Assembly: GCA_964291235.2 (NCBI GenBank)
Contig: OZ219816.1
Coordinates: 608,001-672,000 of the forward strand
DNA length: 64,000 nt
Reading direction: 5' to 3'
DNA from: Vicinamibacteria bacterium
GTDB taxonomy: Bacteria; Acidobacteriota; Vicinamibacteria; Marinacidobacterales; Marinacidobacteraceae
Shown here: piece by piece, positions 29,451-38,596 of the stretch
How positions within the stretch are numbered: the stretch's first letter is position 1
How the letters are laid out: the number at the start of each line of letters is the position of its first letter
Translations under genes and position numbers: made by a program
Notes under the pieces: generated by a model
Databases searched by the model: none
Told to the model about the DNA's origin: nothing
The model's input: only the letters and a program-made list of their open reading frames with translations

Positions 29451-30848
29451 GTGCCACGGGCATCGTTTACTTCGCTCGGCTGTCGTCTCAACCACACGGA
29501 GGCAGCGAACTGGGCAGGGCAGTTCGCGAGCAAAGGCTACACGATCGTCCCCTGGGGGAACCCGGCCGATCTGGTGGTGATCAACACCTGTTCGGTGACC
29601 CATCGGGCGGAGGCCCACTGCCGGAACACGGTGCGGCGGACGCTTCGCCATTCCCCCGAGGCCTTTGTGGTGGTGGCCGGGTGCTACGCGCAGTCCGGCC
29701 TCGACGCGCTGCGCGAAATCCCCGGGGTGGACATGATCGTGGGGACCGAGTTCAAGGAGAGTTTCCCCGACTACCTGGATCGGCCCCGGAAACTCCCCGA
29801 GCCGATCGTCCTTCACTCGGCGCGCATTTCGCGACACGAATTCGAGGTTCCGTCCACCGGACGCTACGACTCCACGCGCGCCAATCTCAAGGTGCAGGAC
29901 GGGTGCGATTTCTTCTGTTCGTTCTGCATCATCCCCTACACGAGGGGGCGCGAACGGAGCCGGCGTTTCGAAGATCTGGTCCGGGAGGCTCATGAACTCG
30001 CCGAGGCCGGCTATCGGGAACTGGTGCTCACCGGGGTGAACATCGGGCGCTACCGGAGCGGCGGGCGGACCCTTGCCGATGTCGCTGACCGGCTCGAGGA
30101 AATCTCCGGTGTGCACCGGGTCCGGATCACATCCATCGAGCCCACCACCGTGGAGGACCGTCTGCTGGAGCGGATGGCCGAGCGTGGGACGCTCTGCCGC
30201 TATCTGCATCTCCCGCTTCAGAGTGGCGACGACCAGGTGCTCGCGGGAATGGGCCGTCGCTACGGCAGGCGCGATTACCGCGAGTTTGTGGACCGGGCCG
30301 TCGATCTGGTGCCCGGACTCGGGTTGGGGACGGACGTGATTGTCGGATTTCCGGGAGAGACGGACGAGGCGTTCCAGCGCACCTGCGACAGCCTGGAGGA
30401 AATGCCGTTCGCCTACTACCACGTGTTCAGCTACTCGTCACGCGCGGGGACCAGGGCGGCGGGACTCCCCGGGCACCTCCCGCCGGAAGTGGTCGCCGAC
30501 CGGAGCCGGACGTTGAGGGAACTCTCGGACCGGCGCCGCGACGCGTTCGCAAGGCGCCACGTGGGCCAACGGGTGGAAGTGCTGTTTGAACAGCGGGATC
30601 GGTCGGGGCGCTGGACCGGTCTGACGGACTCCTACCTTCGGGTCGGGGTGGTTTCCGCCGAGCCGCTCGAAAACTGCATCCGTGAGGTGCGGATCAACCG
30701 GGTGGCGAGCGACGCGCCAGGCCTTGCCGTGGGAACCCTGGAGCGCCGGCCAGGAGCGCCGGCCTCCGGCCGGCATCGCGGCCAAAGGCCGCGAACCTCC
30801 CAGACTCAGTCAGCCTTGATGGCGGCAACCCAAACGGGGACGGCGTAA
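29451..30848 (+). CDS. mtaB: tRNA t6A37 methylthiotransferase (radical SAM)
   Basis: SLGCRLN, INTCSVT, GCYAQ, KVQDGCDFFCSFCIIP, LTGVNIG, TSIEP, HLPLQSG, HVFSYS.R.GT. The last ~30 codons lie in the REP array. Confidence 0.9.
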   Translation: MPRASFTSLGCRLNHTEAANWAGQFASKGYTIVPWGNPADLVVINTCSVTHRAEAHCRNTVRRTLRHSPEAFVVVAGCYAQSGLDALREIPGVDMIVGTEFKESFPDYLDRPRKLPEPIVLHSARISRHEFEVPSTGRYDSTRANLKVQDGCDFFCSFCIIPYTRGRERSRRFEDLVREAHELAEAGYRELVLTGVNIGRYRSGGRTLADVADRLEEISGVHRVRITSIEPTTVEDRLLERMAERGTLCRYLHLPLQSGDDQVLAGMGRRYGRRDYREFVDRAVDLVPGLGLGTDVIVGFPGETDEAFQRTCDSLEEMPFAYYHVFSYSSRAGTRAAGLPGHLPPEVVADRSRTLRELSDRRRDAFARRHVGQRVEVLFEQRDRSGRWTGLTDSYLRVGVVSAEPLENCIREVRINRVASDAPGLAVGTLERRPGAPASGRHRGQRPRTSQTQSALMAATQTGTA

Positions 30849-31421
30849 CGCCCTCGTGCCTTTGCACGGTCGGGTGGACGGCCTCCTGGCCCGCGTAGCT
30901 CCCACGCGTTGGGGGCCTTCGCCGTCACGGATTGGGTCCGGGACGTGAGGGCAGATCAGGTTTGGGAGTTTCGCCCGCTGCGCGGGCGATGCCAGCCGGA
31001 GGCTGGCGCTCCTGCCCGCGTAGCTCCCACGCGTTGGAGGTCTTCGCCGTCACGGATTGGGTCCGGGACCTGAGGGCAGATCAGGTTTGGGAATTTCGCC
31101 CGCTGCGCGGGCGATGCCAGCCGGAGGCTGGCGCTCCTGGCCGCGAACTCCCAGACTCAGTCAGCCTTGAAGGCGCCCATCCAAGCGGGGACGGCGTAAC
31201 GCCCTCGTGCCTTTGCACGGTGGGGTGGACGGCCTCCTGGCCCGCGTAGCTCCCACGCGTTGGGGGTCTTCGCCGTCACGGATTGGGTCCGGGACGTGAG
31301 GGCAGATCAGGTTTTGGAGTTTCGCCCGCTGCGCGGGCGATGCCAGCCGGAGGCTGGCGCTCCTGTTTGGGAGGTTCGCGCGCGCTGCGCGGGCGATGCC
31401 AGCCGGGAGGCTGGCCCTCCT
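30753..31421. repeat. REP/BIME-like mosaic array (REP-A-B-B-A-B-partial)
   Basis: Unit B (~125 bp) at 30889, 31014, 31240, each ending in ATGCCAGCCGGAGGCTGGCGCTCC; unit A (~100 bp) at ~30787 and ~31139; oppositely oriented REP at 30753-30776; lies between convergent mtaB and nrdJ. Confidence 0.9.
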
Positions 31422-31441
31422 ACTCCTCGCTCGTGGCGTTC

Positions 31442-34186
31442 CTACGAGCAGCCGGAGGTGGCGCCGCAGTTCATGCACTTGAAGCAGGTGCCACTCCGAA
31501 CCATCAGGGCGCCGCAGGTCGAGCATGGAGGCGCATCCGCGAACACCGCGGCGGACTCCAGCACCGTGCCGCGGCGGGGGTACCGCCGCTGGGTCTTGGC
31601 CGGTGCCGAGGCGGGTGGTGACGGCTCGTTCTCCTCCGCTCCCAGGTCGTCGGAATCGGTCAGGAAACGATGTCCCAGCCAGCGGAAGATGTAGTCGGTG
31701 ATCGAGTCGGCATGCGGGATGTCCGGGTTACCGGTATAGCCCGAGGGTTCGAAGCGGGTGTGCGAGAACTTGTCGACCAGCACCTTGAGGGGAACCCCGT
31801 ACTGGAGGTTGTAGGAAACCGCCCGCGCGAAAGCGTCCATCAGCCCGGAAACGAAGGAACCTTCCTTGGCCATCCGCAGGAAGATCTCGCATGGCGAGCC
31901 GTCCTCCCGTAGCCCGACCGTGAGGTATCCCTTGTGTCCCCCGATATCGAACTTGTGAATGATGGCTTCGCGTTCGGGCGGCAGATGCTCCTTGTCCGCG
32001 GAGTCCGCGGCGCCCGCCGACTCGGAGGTGGATTCGCCACGATTCAGCGGCTGCGACTGCTTGCTGCCGTCCCGATAGATGGCGACCGCCTTGAGGCCGA
32101 GCTTCCAGGATGCGAGATACGTCTCCTCGACGTCCTCGACAGTGCTCTCTTCGGGCATGTTGACGGTCTTCGAGATTGCGCCCGACAGGAACGGCTGGAC
32201 CGCATGCATCATCTTCACGTGGCCCATGTAGTGAATGGAACGCTCGCCGCCGAACGGTTCGAGCGCGCAATCAAACACCGGGAGGTGTTCCTTGCGGAGA
32301 TCGGGCGCCCCCTCGACGTGGCCGTGCTCGTCCACGTAGTCCCAGATCCGCTGGATCGCCCCGTCGTCATAGCCGAGCCGCTGGAGCGCCGAGCGAACCG
32401 TCTGGTTGACGATGCGAATGATCCCGCCGCCGCTGAGCTTCTTGTGCTTGATCAGTGAGAGATCGGGTTCCACACCGGTGGTGTCGCAATCCATCATCAG
32501 GCCGATGGTGCCGGTGGGGGCCAGTACCGAAGCCTGGCCGTTCCGGAATCCATGGTCCTCGCCGAGGGCGATGGCCTCATCCCAAGCCTGCTGCGCTCGC
32601 GAAAGGACTGCCTCCGGGACGTCCGATGCCTCGATCTGCAGCGACGCATCCCGATGCATGCGCATCACCTCGAGGAACGGTCGCTCATTCTCCGGGTAGC
32701 CCTGGAACGGTCCGGTGACCTCGGCAATCCGGGCCGACTGGCGATAGGCCCGGCCGGTCATCAACGAGGTCAGGGCGGCGGCGATCGATCGGCCGCTGTC
32801 GCTGTCGTAGGGGACGCCCCGGTGCATCAGGAGCGCTCCCAGATTCGCGTAGCCGAGTCCGAGAGGCCGGAAATCGTGCGAGTTGCGTTCGATGCGCGGC
32901 GTCGGGTAGCTCGCGTTCCCGACGATGATTTCCATGCCGGTAAGGACCACATCCACCGCGTGCTCAAAGCCCTCGGCGTCGAACTCACGTTCCTCGCTGA
33001 CGAACTTCATCAGGTTCAGCGAGGCCAGGTTGCAGGCGCTGTCGTCGAGGTACATGTACTCGGAACACGGGTTTGAAGCATTGATCCGACCGGTCTTCTT
33101 GGACGTATGCCAGCGGTTGACGGTGTCGTCGAACTGCATTCCCGGATCGCCGCACCGATGTGCCGATTCGGCGATCTGCCGGAACAACTCCCGGGCGCGC
33201 ATGGTGTCCATCGGCGCACCCGAGGTGATCGCGCGGGTGGACCACTCCTCGTCGTTCTCGACGGCGCGCATGAACGCATCGCTCACCCGGACGCTGTGGT
33301 TGGCGTTCTGGTACTGGATGGATGCATAGGCCTCGCCGTTCAACGACCCGTCATAGCCGGCGTCGATGAGCGCGTGCGCCTTTTGTTCTTCGCGGGACTT
33401 GCAGTCAACGAACTCCAGGATGTCCGGGTGATCCACATTGAGAATCACCATCTTGGCGGCTCGCCGCGTCTTGCCACCGCTCCGGATGACCCCGGCGAAG
33501 GAGTCGTACCCCTTCATGAAGGAGACTGGCCCGGAAGCCTTCCCGCCACTGGACAACTGCTCACGCGAGCTGCGGATCGTGGAGAGGTTCGTTCCGGTCC
33601 CGGAGCCCCATTTGAACAGCATCCCTTCGGTCTTGGCGAGGGTCAGGATGGAATCCATGGTGTCCTCGACCGAGTTGATGAAGCAGGCCGAGCACTGCGG
33701 CTGCTCCTCGACGCCACAGTTGAACCAGACCGGCGAGTTGAACGCCGCGAACTGGTTGAGCAGCAGGAAGGTGAGCTCGTCACGGAACGTATCCGCTGCC
33801 GCCTGATCCGCGAAGTACCCATCCTTCACTCCCCAGGCGGCGATCTGGTCGGCCACCCGCCCGACGAGCTGGCGGACGCTCGACTCGCGTTCGCCCTTCT
33901 CGAGCGATCCGTGGAAGTACTTGGAGGCGACGATGGTGGTCGCCATCATGGACCACGACTTCGGGAACTCGACACCGTACTGGGCAAAGATCGTGTTGCC
34001 GTGTTCGTCAGTGATGATGGCGTCGCGTTTCTCCCACTCCACCTGGTCGTAGGGTGAGACACCACGCTCGGTGAAGCGGCGCCGGAATTCGAGACCGCCG
34101 GTCCGACCGTTCTTCTGTTCCTTTCCGTGTTGCGAATCCTCCCCGGAGCGGGGTCCCACCGCCGTGGGTTCTACGGCTACTTGCAT
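31442..34186 (-). CDS. nrdJ: Vitamin B12-dependent (class II) ribonucleotide reductase
   Basis: FNSPVWFN, QCSACFI, GGKTRRAAKM, SNPCSEY, CNLASLN, APTGTI, SKTVN, YRDGSK; C-terminal TSCPD-like domain and zinc ribbon ending GCS. Confidence 0.96.
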   Translation of the reverse strand: MQVAVEPTAVGPRSGEDSQHGKEQKNGRTGGLEFRRRFTERGVSPYDQVEWEKRDAIITDEHGNTIFAQYGVEFPKSWSMMATTIVASKYFHGSLEKGERESSVRQLVGRVADQIAAWGVKDGYFADQAAADTFRDELTFLLLNQFAAFNSPVWFNCGVEEQPQCSACFINSVEDTMDSILTLAKTEGMLFKWGSGTGTNLSTIRSSREQLSSGGKASGPVSFMKGYDSFAGVIRSGGKTRRAAKMVILNVDHPDILEFVDCKSREEQKAHALIDAGYDGSLNGEAYASIQYQNANHSVRVSDAFMRAVENDEEWSTRAITSGAPMDTMRARELFRQIAESAHRCGDPGMQFDDTVNRWHTSKKTGRINASNPCSEYMYLDDSACNLASLNLMKFVSEEREFDAEGFEHAVDVVLTGMEIIVGNASYPTPRIERNSHDFRPLGLGYANLGALLMHRGVPYDSDSGRSIAAALTSLMTGRAYRQSARIAEVTGPFQGYPENERPFLEVMRMHRDASLQIEASDVPEAVLSRAQQAWDEAIALGEDHGFRNGQASVLAPTGTIGLMMDCDTTGVEPDLSLIKHKKLSGGGIIRIVNQTVRSALQRLGYDDGAIQRIWDYVDEHGHVEGAPDLRKEHLPVFDCALEPFGGERSIHYMGHVKMMHAVQPFLSGAISKTVNMPEESTVEDVEETYLASWKLGLKAVAIYRDGSKQSQPLNRGESTSESAGAADSADKEHLPPEREAIIHKFDIGGHKGYLTVGLREDGSPCEIFLRMAKEGSFVSGLMDAFARAVSYNLQYGVPLKVLVDKFSHTRFEPSGYTGNPDIPHADSITDYIFRWLGHRFLTDSDDLGAEENEPSPPASAPAKTQRRYPRRGTVLESAAVFADAPPCSTCGALMVRSGTCFKCMNCGATSGCS

Positions 34187-34277
34187 GACGAACAGATATC
34201 CCCTCGTTGGAAAAAAAGGAGAGTCGGCGCGAAGCCATTTCTCCCAGCCTGCCGAAAGAGCATTGGATGAAACTAAA

Positions 34278-34325
34278 ACACAACATGTTGCGGTATGCAA
34301 CCGGCAAGACCACAACCCGTTGGGG
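34278..34325. promoter_or_regulatory. Tandem NrdR boxes upstream of nrdJ
   Basis: ACACAACATGTTGCGG (34278-34293) and weaker CCACAACCCGTTGGGG (34310-34325), 32 bp apart; consensus acaCwAtATaTwGtg. Confidence 0.75.
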
Positions 34326-34531
34326 GTCGAACGCTGGCCAACCAGGGGCGAATCTCCCCCATCGGCAACGCCGCGCGGTGGCAAACCCGGGTCGGCAAAC
34401 CGGTATTGGCCCGGAAGCCTGAAAGGCTCGGGAACGCGGCGTCGGAGGAAATCCTCGGACGAATTGCCGCCCCGACGCGAACGCCCGGCGGCTGGGCCGC
34501 CGGGCGTTCGCCGGTAAGAACCGAACGACGC

Positions 34532-36949
34532 CTAGTGGTTGTTCGGCCGCCGGCTTCCGCTCGAACCGCTGCCGCTTCGGCTGACGGCGGTGCTACCGCC
34601 GCCGCTACCACCGCCGCCGCCGCCGCTGGCCCGGCTTCCGCCACCGCCGCCGCTGGCCCGGCTTCCGCCACCGCCGCCGCTGCCGCTCACCGCGGTGCCG
34701 CCGCCACCGCCGCCACCGCCGCGGCTCATGCCGCTGCGGCTACCGCCGTTCCGCGTGCTCCCCGCAAAGCGCGAGAACCCACCGGGACGGCCTCCCCGGG
34801 AGGCGCCGCTCGGGCGCGTGCGGGACGTCGCGCTGGGCCGGCTGCGGGAGCCCGCGTTCGGTCGGCTTCGGGAAGCGCCGCTGGGCCGGCTCCGGCTGGC
34901 CCCGCTCGGGCGGCTGCGACTGGCGCCGCTACTAGGCTGGCTTCGGGAAGCGCCGCTGGGCCGGCTCCGACTGGCCCCGCTCGGGCGGCTGCGGCTGGCG
35001 CCGCTACTGGGCTGGCTTCGGGAAGCGCCGCTGGGCCGGCTCCGGCTGGCCCCGCTCGGCCGGCTTCGGCTGGCTCCGCTACTGGGCTGGCTGCGGGAGG
35101 CGCCGCTGGGCCGGCTCCGGCTAGCTCCATTCGGCCGGCTGCGGGTAGCGCCGCTGGGCCGGCTGCGTGGAGTTCCAGACCGTCCTGCCGCGGCAGCGCC
35201 GCTCCGTGGAGATGAGGGGCGGACCGTTGACGGCCTTCGCGCTCCCGTGGTCCCCGTCCGTCCGGAAGCCCGTGGCCGGGGGGATGTCGCCGGCCGGTTT
35301 CCGGTCGTGGGGCGGCCGCCGCGGGCGGCCTCGGGGCGTCCGCCCCGGCGGGTGGAGGTGGCGGCGTCGGCGGTCCCGCTACCCCGAGCGGCGGCTCGGG
35401 ACCGGCCTGACTCCGTGCCCGCGGAACTCTCGCGCGGTCCGACCGCTCCGCGGGACAGGACCGCCCGGTCCCTTTCCGCCGCGGCCGCCGACCGCGTGCT
35501 GCGGGCTCGCGCTGCGTTCGAAGGAACGGCGACGCGCTGCCCGCGGAGGGTGCTGCGGGCCGCGCCCGCCGTGGAGCGGCCCGCAGCGGATGCTGCCCGG
35601 GAGGCGGCGACCCGCGAATTCGAGAGTCGTCGGTTCGTGGCCTTGGCGGAGCGGGTCATCGCGGTAACCCCCACCGCGCGCTGCCGGAATCCCCGGTCGA
35701 GGACGGCTCCCTGGGACAACACCCGGGCCTCTTGCAGGTTCGTCAGACTGGAGGCGGACAGGCGGTTGCGGGAGGCCGGACGGCCAACGGCCTCCCGGCT
35801 GGTGAAACTCCACGATCCCCGATCGCCCACGGACCCGCGGGGAACTGCCTTGCCCCGAATCTGCCCCCGGCGAGGGACGTTGCCCCCCCAGCCGCGGCCG
35901 TCGTAGTCCCCACGGCTGTAGTAATCCCAGCCGTAAACGGGATAGCCCCAGTAGTTCAACGGGGACCACCCGACCCAGTTGGGGCCGTAGCTCCAGGAAA
36001 CCCAGGCCGGACTCCAGACCGACCCCGGAAGCCAGTACCAGCCGAGGGGTCCGTGACCCCAGCGGCCGTAGTGATAGGGGGCCCATCCCCAGGAGTCGTA
36101 GGAGATCCAGGTCAAACCGAAGGGCGTGTGCGACCACCGCCCCAGCCGGTAAGGCGCCCAGTCGGCGGCGACGGCCGGATACCAGAGCCAGCCCAGATGG
36201 ACATCGTGGTGCCAGCGACCGTGTTGCGCCAGATCGGGGGCGTACTCCTGCACTTCCTCGGGCAGTTCGTCGTAGTGCGTTTCGGCGCTGGTGACGAACC
36301 GCTGCCGGCGGCCTTCGGTCCATGCCAGAAAACTGTCGTTGCCCAGGAACTCCTCCGGCGACGCCGGGGCGGCGCCCTCGGAAGCGATGGTCCGCTGACC
36401 GGACCCCACGAGCACCGAGCCCCACTCGGTGGAGACCGTTGCAATCCCCGAGTACACGACGAATTGGACGGTGCGGCCATCCTCGAGCAGATCGGTGCGG
36501 TACTCACCCTCTCCCTGTGGGGAGAAGGTGCCGCCAGGCGTTTCCACGACCACTTCCGCATCGCCCGCCATCCAGACGATCAGACTTCCGGTCCAGAACC
36601 CGAGACGGTGCGGGCTGTCGCCTTCCACGTAGTCCAACTTGGTCGCCTGGTCCATCCAGGCGGTGACCCGTCCCGCAAAGCGCAACTCGACCTGGCCGGG
36701 TTCGCGGGTCCAGATGCGGTCGCCCGGAAGGAAGGGGCTGCCGCGCTCCGCCTCGTGCGCGCCGAAATCGTCCGCCCGCTGGTGCCAGACGTCGCCGTCC
36801 ACCACGCTGAGATTCCCGTAGGCGTAGGAACGCCCGGTCTCCTCGTCGGCCTGCCCGAGCGCTGCCGGCGCTTGGCCCAGGACCAGAAACAGACTCAGAA
36901 TGCCTGCGTGCCCCAGGGTCTGATTACGCATGTTGGGTCTTTTGTGCAT
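34532..36949 (-). CDS. Secreted FecR-like / DUF6600-like Trp-rich protein with Arg/Ser/Gly low-complexity tail
   Basis: Signal peptide, GDRIWT FecR-like region, WAPYRLGRW...WGWAPYHYGRW...WSPAWVSW...VGWSPL, repetitive C-terminus. Confidence 0.82.
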   Translation of the reverse strand: MHKRPNMRNQTLGHAGILSLFLVLGQAPAALGQADEETGRSYAYGNLSVVDGDVWHQRADDFGAHEAERGSPFLPGDRIWTREPGQVELRFAGRVTAWMDQATKLDYVEGDSPHRLGFWTGSLIVWMAGDAEVVVETPGGTFSPQGEGEYRTDLLEDGRTVQFVVYSGIATVSTEWGSVLVGSGQRTIASEGAAPASPEEFLGNDSFLAWTEGRRQRFVTSAETHYDELPEEVQEYAPDLAQHGRWHHDVHLGWLWYPAVAADWAPYRLGRWSHTPFGLTWISYDSWGWAPYHYGRWGHGPLGWYWLPGSVWSPAWVSWSYGPNWVGWSPLNYWGYPVYGWDYYSRGDYDGRGWGGNVPRRGQIRGKAVPRGSVGDRGSWSFTSREAVGRPASRNRLSASSLTNLQEARVLSQGAVLDRGFRQRAVGVTAMTRSAKATNRRLSNSRVAASRAASAAGRSTAGAARSTLRGQRVAVPSNAARARSTRSAAAAERDRAVLSRGAVGPRESSAGTESGRSRAAARGSGTADAATSTRRGGRPEAARGGRPTTGNRPATSPRPRASGRTGTTGARRPSTVRPSSPRSGAAAAGRSGTPRSRPSGATRSRPNGASRSRPSGASRSQPSSGASRSRPSGASRSRPSGASRSQPSSGASRSRPSGASRSRPSGASRSQPSSGASRSRPSGASRSRPSGASRSRPNAGSRSRPSATSRTRPSGASRGGRPGGFSRFAGSTRNGGSRSGMSRGGGGGGGGTAVSGSGGGGGSRASGGGGGSRASGGGGGGSGGGSTAVSRSGSGSSGSRRPNNH
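34864..35165 (-). repeat. Intragenic tandem repeat, 75-bp period x ~4, built from 24+24+27-bp subunits (SRSRPSGA / SRSQPSSGA)
   Basis: GGCT(T/G)CGGGA(A/G)GCGCCGCTGGGCCGGCTCC recurs at 34864, 34939, 35014, 35089. Confidence 0.9.
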
Positions 36950-37091
36950 GGGCTACCTCCTCGAGGCTGCCACTGCTAGCTGCCGCAATCCCTATGCCAG
37001 AAGCGAACCGGTTTCTTTCGAATTTCGTGTGTTTTGGGGGGCAGCCGCCGAACCCGGAGCGCCGCCGGGTCGCGGCGCTGCCGACGTGGCA

Positions 37092-37508
37092 TCAAACGAG
37101 CCGGCCCAGGAACTCGGACGCCTGGATGCGGGCGCGGGCCGCGCGGAATTCTCGCCAGGCAGGCCGGACGTTTCGATCGCGGTTCACGAGTTGTGCGAGC
37201 TTGCTCCCGTCGGGGTCGTCCTCGAGCAGGGCTTCGAGACGGAGCCGCATCTCGCCTTGTGGAAGCGACTCGACGAACGCATCCTGCTCGCTGAGGGTGT
37301 CCTCGAGCCGCGGCTTTGGTACGGCCACGAAGCGGCCTCGAATGTCGGACTCCAACTGCCAGACGATTTCCTGGGTCGAAGGATCCTCGTGGTCCTCCGC
37401 CACGCTGACCATGCGGGCGGTATCCCGATCGTAGTAGTAGGTGCGTTCGGGCCCGTCGTCCACGAAGGCGGCGGCCAGCGCCTCAAGCAGAGAAGGATCG
37501 GTCTCCAC
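37092..37508 (-). CDS. UPF0158-like protein
   Basis: LEALAAAF.D...YYYDRDTA...RFVAVP...FVESL...LRLEALL...WREFR pattern. Confidence 0.65.
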   Translation of the reverse strand: METDPSLLEALAAAFVDDGPERTYYYDRDTARMVSVAEDHEDPSTQEIVWQLESDIRGRFVAVPKPRLEDTLSEQDAFVESLPQGEMRLRLEALLEDDPDGSKLAQLVNRDRNVRPAWREFRAARARIQASEFLGRLV

Positions 37509-37615
37509 GGACTCGCAACCGTCGCAATCGGGAACTGAGGGGGAGAAAAGCCCCCGCTCCAGAGAGACTAATCGAGAGGACCCGCCTACGCCAATTGCGG
37601 CAGTCCCTTCCCATT

Positions 37616-38596
37616 TCAGGCGCTCCGGCGCCGGGTGATGCGGGTCAGTTCGGGAGGTTCGTTGGTGATCTGCAGGGTATGGGTCTCGATGCCGTTCGGG
37701 CCGAACCGCACCCCCCGGACGAGGGCTCCGTCGGTCACCCCGGCGGCGCAGAAGATGAGGTTCCGGCCGGGCGCCAATTCGGCGGTGGTGAGTATGCGAC
37801 CTGGATCCTCGACACCGGTCTCGCGGAGCCGCTGCTGCTCCGCTTCGTTGCGTACCAGCAGCTGCCCCAGCATCCCGCCGCCCAGGCACCGCAGGGCCGC
37901 CGCGGCAATCACTCCCTCCGGAGCGCCGCCCGAGCCCATGGCCGCGTGAACTCCCGATCCCGGCATCGCGCTCAGGATGCCGGCCGAGAGGTCGCCGTCT
38001 CCGATGAGGCGTACGCGGGCGCCGGCGCGCCGCAGCCCGGCAATCAACTCGGCGTGCCGAGGGCGCTCGAGCACGACGACAGTGATCTCGCTCGCCGGAC
38101 GGCCCTCGGCCTCGGCGATCGCGCGAACGTTCTGCTCGGGGGAGTGATCGAGCCGGATCTCGTCACCGAGGAGGCTGCGACTGGCTGCTCCCACCATGAT
38201 CTTCTCCATGTAAACGTCGGGCGCGGTGAGCAATCCCCCGCGTTCCGAACCGGCCAGCACCGCGATGGCGCCGGGGCCTCCCGTGGCGCACAGGTTGGTA
38301 CCTTCGAGAGGGTCCACCGCGATGTCCAGCGTGGGGCTTGCCTCCCCGCCGTCGCCGAACTCTTCGCCGCTCCACAGCATGGGAGCCTGGTCGCGTTCGC
38401 CCTCCCCGATCACGACCCGCCCGCGGACCGGAACCCTGTCCAGAACCCGGCGCATGGCGGAAACCGCGACCTGATCGGAGTGGTGCCGGTCTCCCTGGCC
38501 GATCGTGCGGGCGCAGGAGATCGCTGCTTCCTCGACCGTTTGGACGAGGTGGGAGCTTACGGCCGCCAGCGGACGGTCGAACGCCGTCCCGCTCAA
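37616..38596 (-). CDS. glpX: Class II fructose-1,6-bisphosphatase
   Basis: VVIGEGERDQAPML, DIAVDPLEGT, APDVYMEK, LERPRH, DGD, GGAPEGV, GVTDG; TTG overlaps the upstream stop. Confidence 0.95.
   Translation of the reverse strand: MSGTAFDRPLAAVSSHLVQTVEEAAISCARTIGQGDRHHSDQVAVSAMRRVLDRVPVRGRVVIGEGERDQAPMLWSGEEFGDGGEASPTLDIAVDPLEGTNLCATGGPGAIAVLAGSERGGLLTAPDVYMEKIMVGAASRSLLGDEIRLDHSPEQNVRAIAEAEGRPASEITVVVLERPRHAELIAGLRRAGARVRLIGDGDLSAGILSAMPGSGVHAAMGSGGAPEGVIAAAALRCLGGGMLGQLLVRNEAEQQRLRETGVEDPGRILTTAELAPGRNLIFCAAGVTDGALVRGVRFGPNGIETHTLQITNEPPELTRITRRRSA

Noticed and set aside
30753-31421. CRISPR array
   Set aside because: Units are 100-125 bp and near-identical along their whole length; there are no unique spacers and no cas genes in the window.
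34187-34531. Cobalamin riboswitch upstream of nrdJ
   Set aside because: No convincing B12-box core found; the region is explained by the NrdR boxes and promoter.
37531-37611. tRNA gene
   Set aside because: Lacks the TTC T-loop, a paired anticodon stem and CCA; kept only as a weak structured-RNA candidate.
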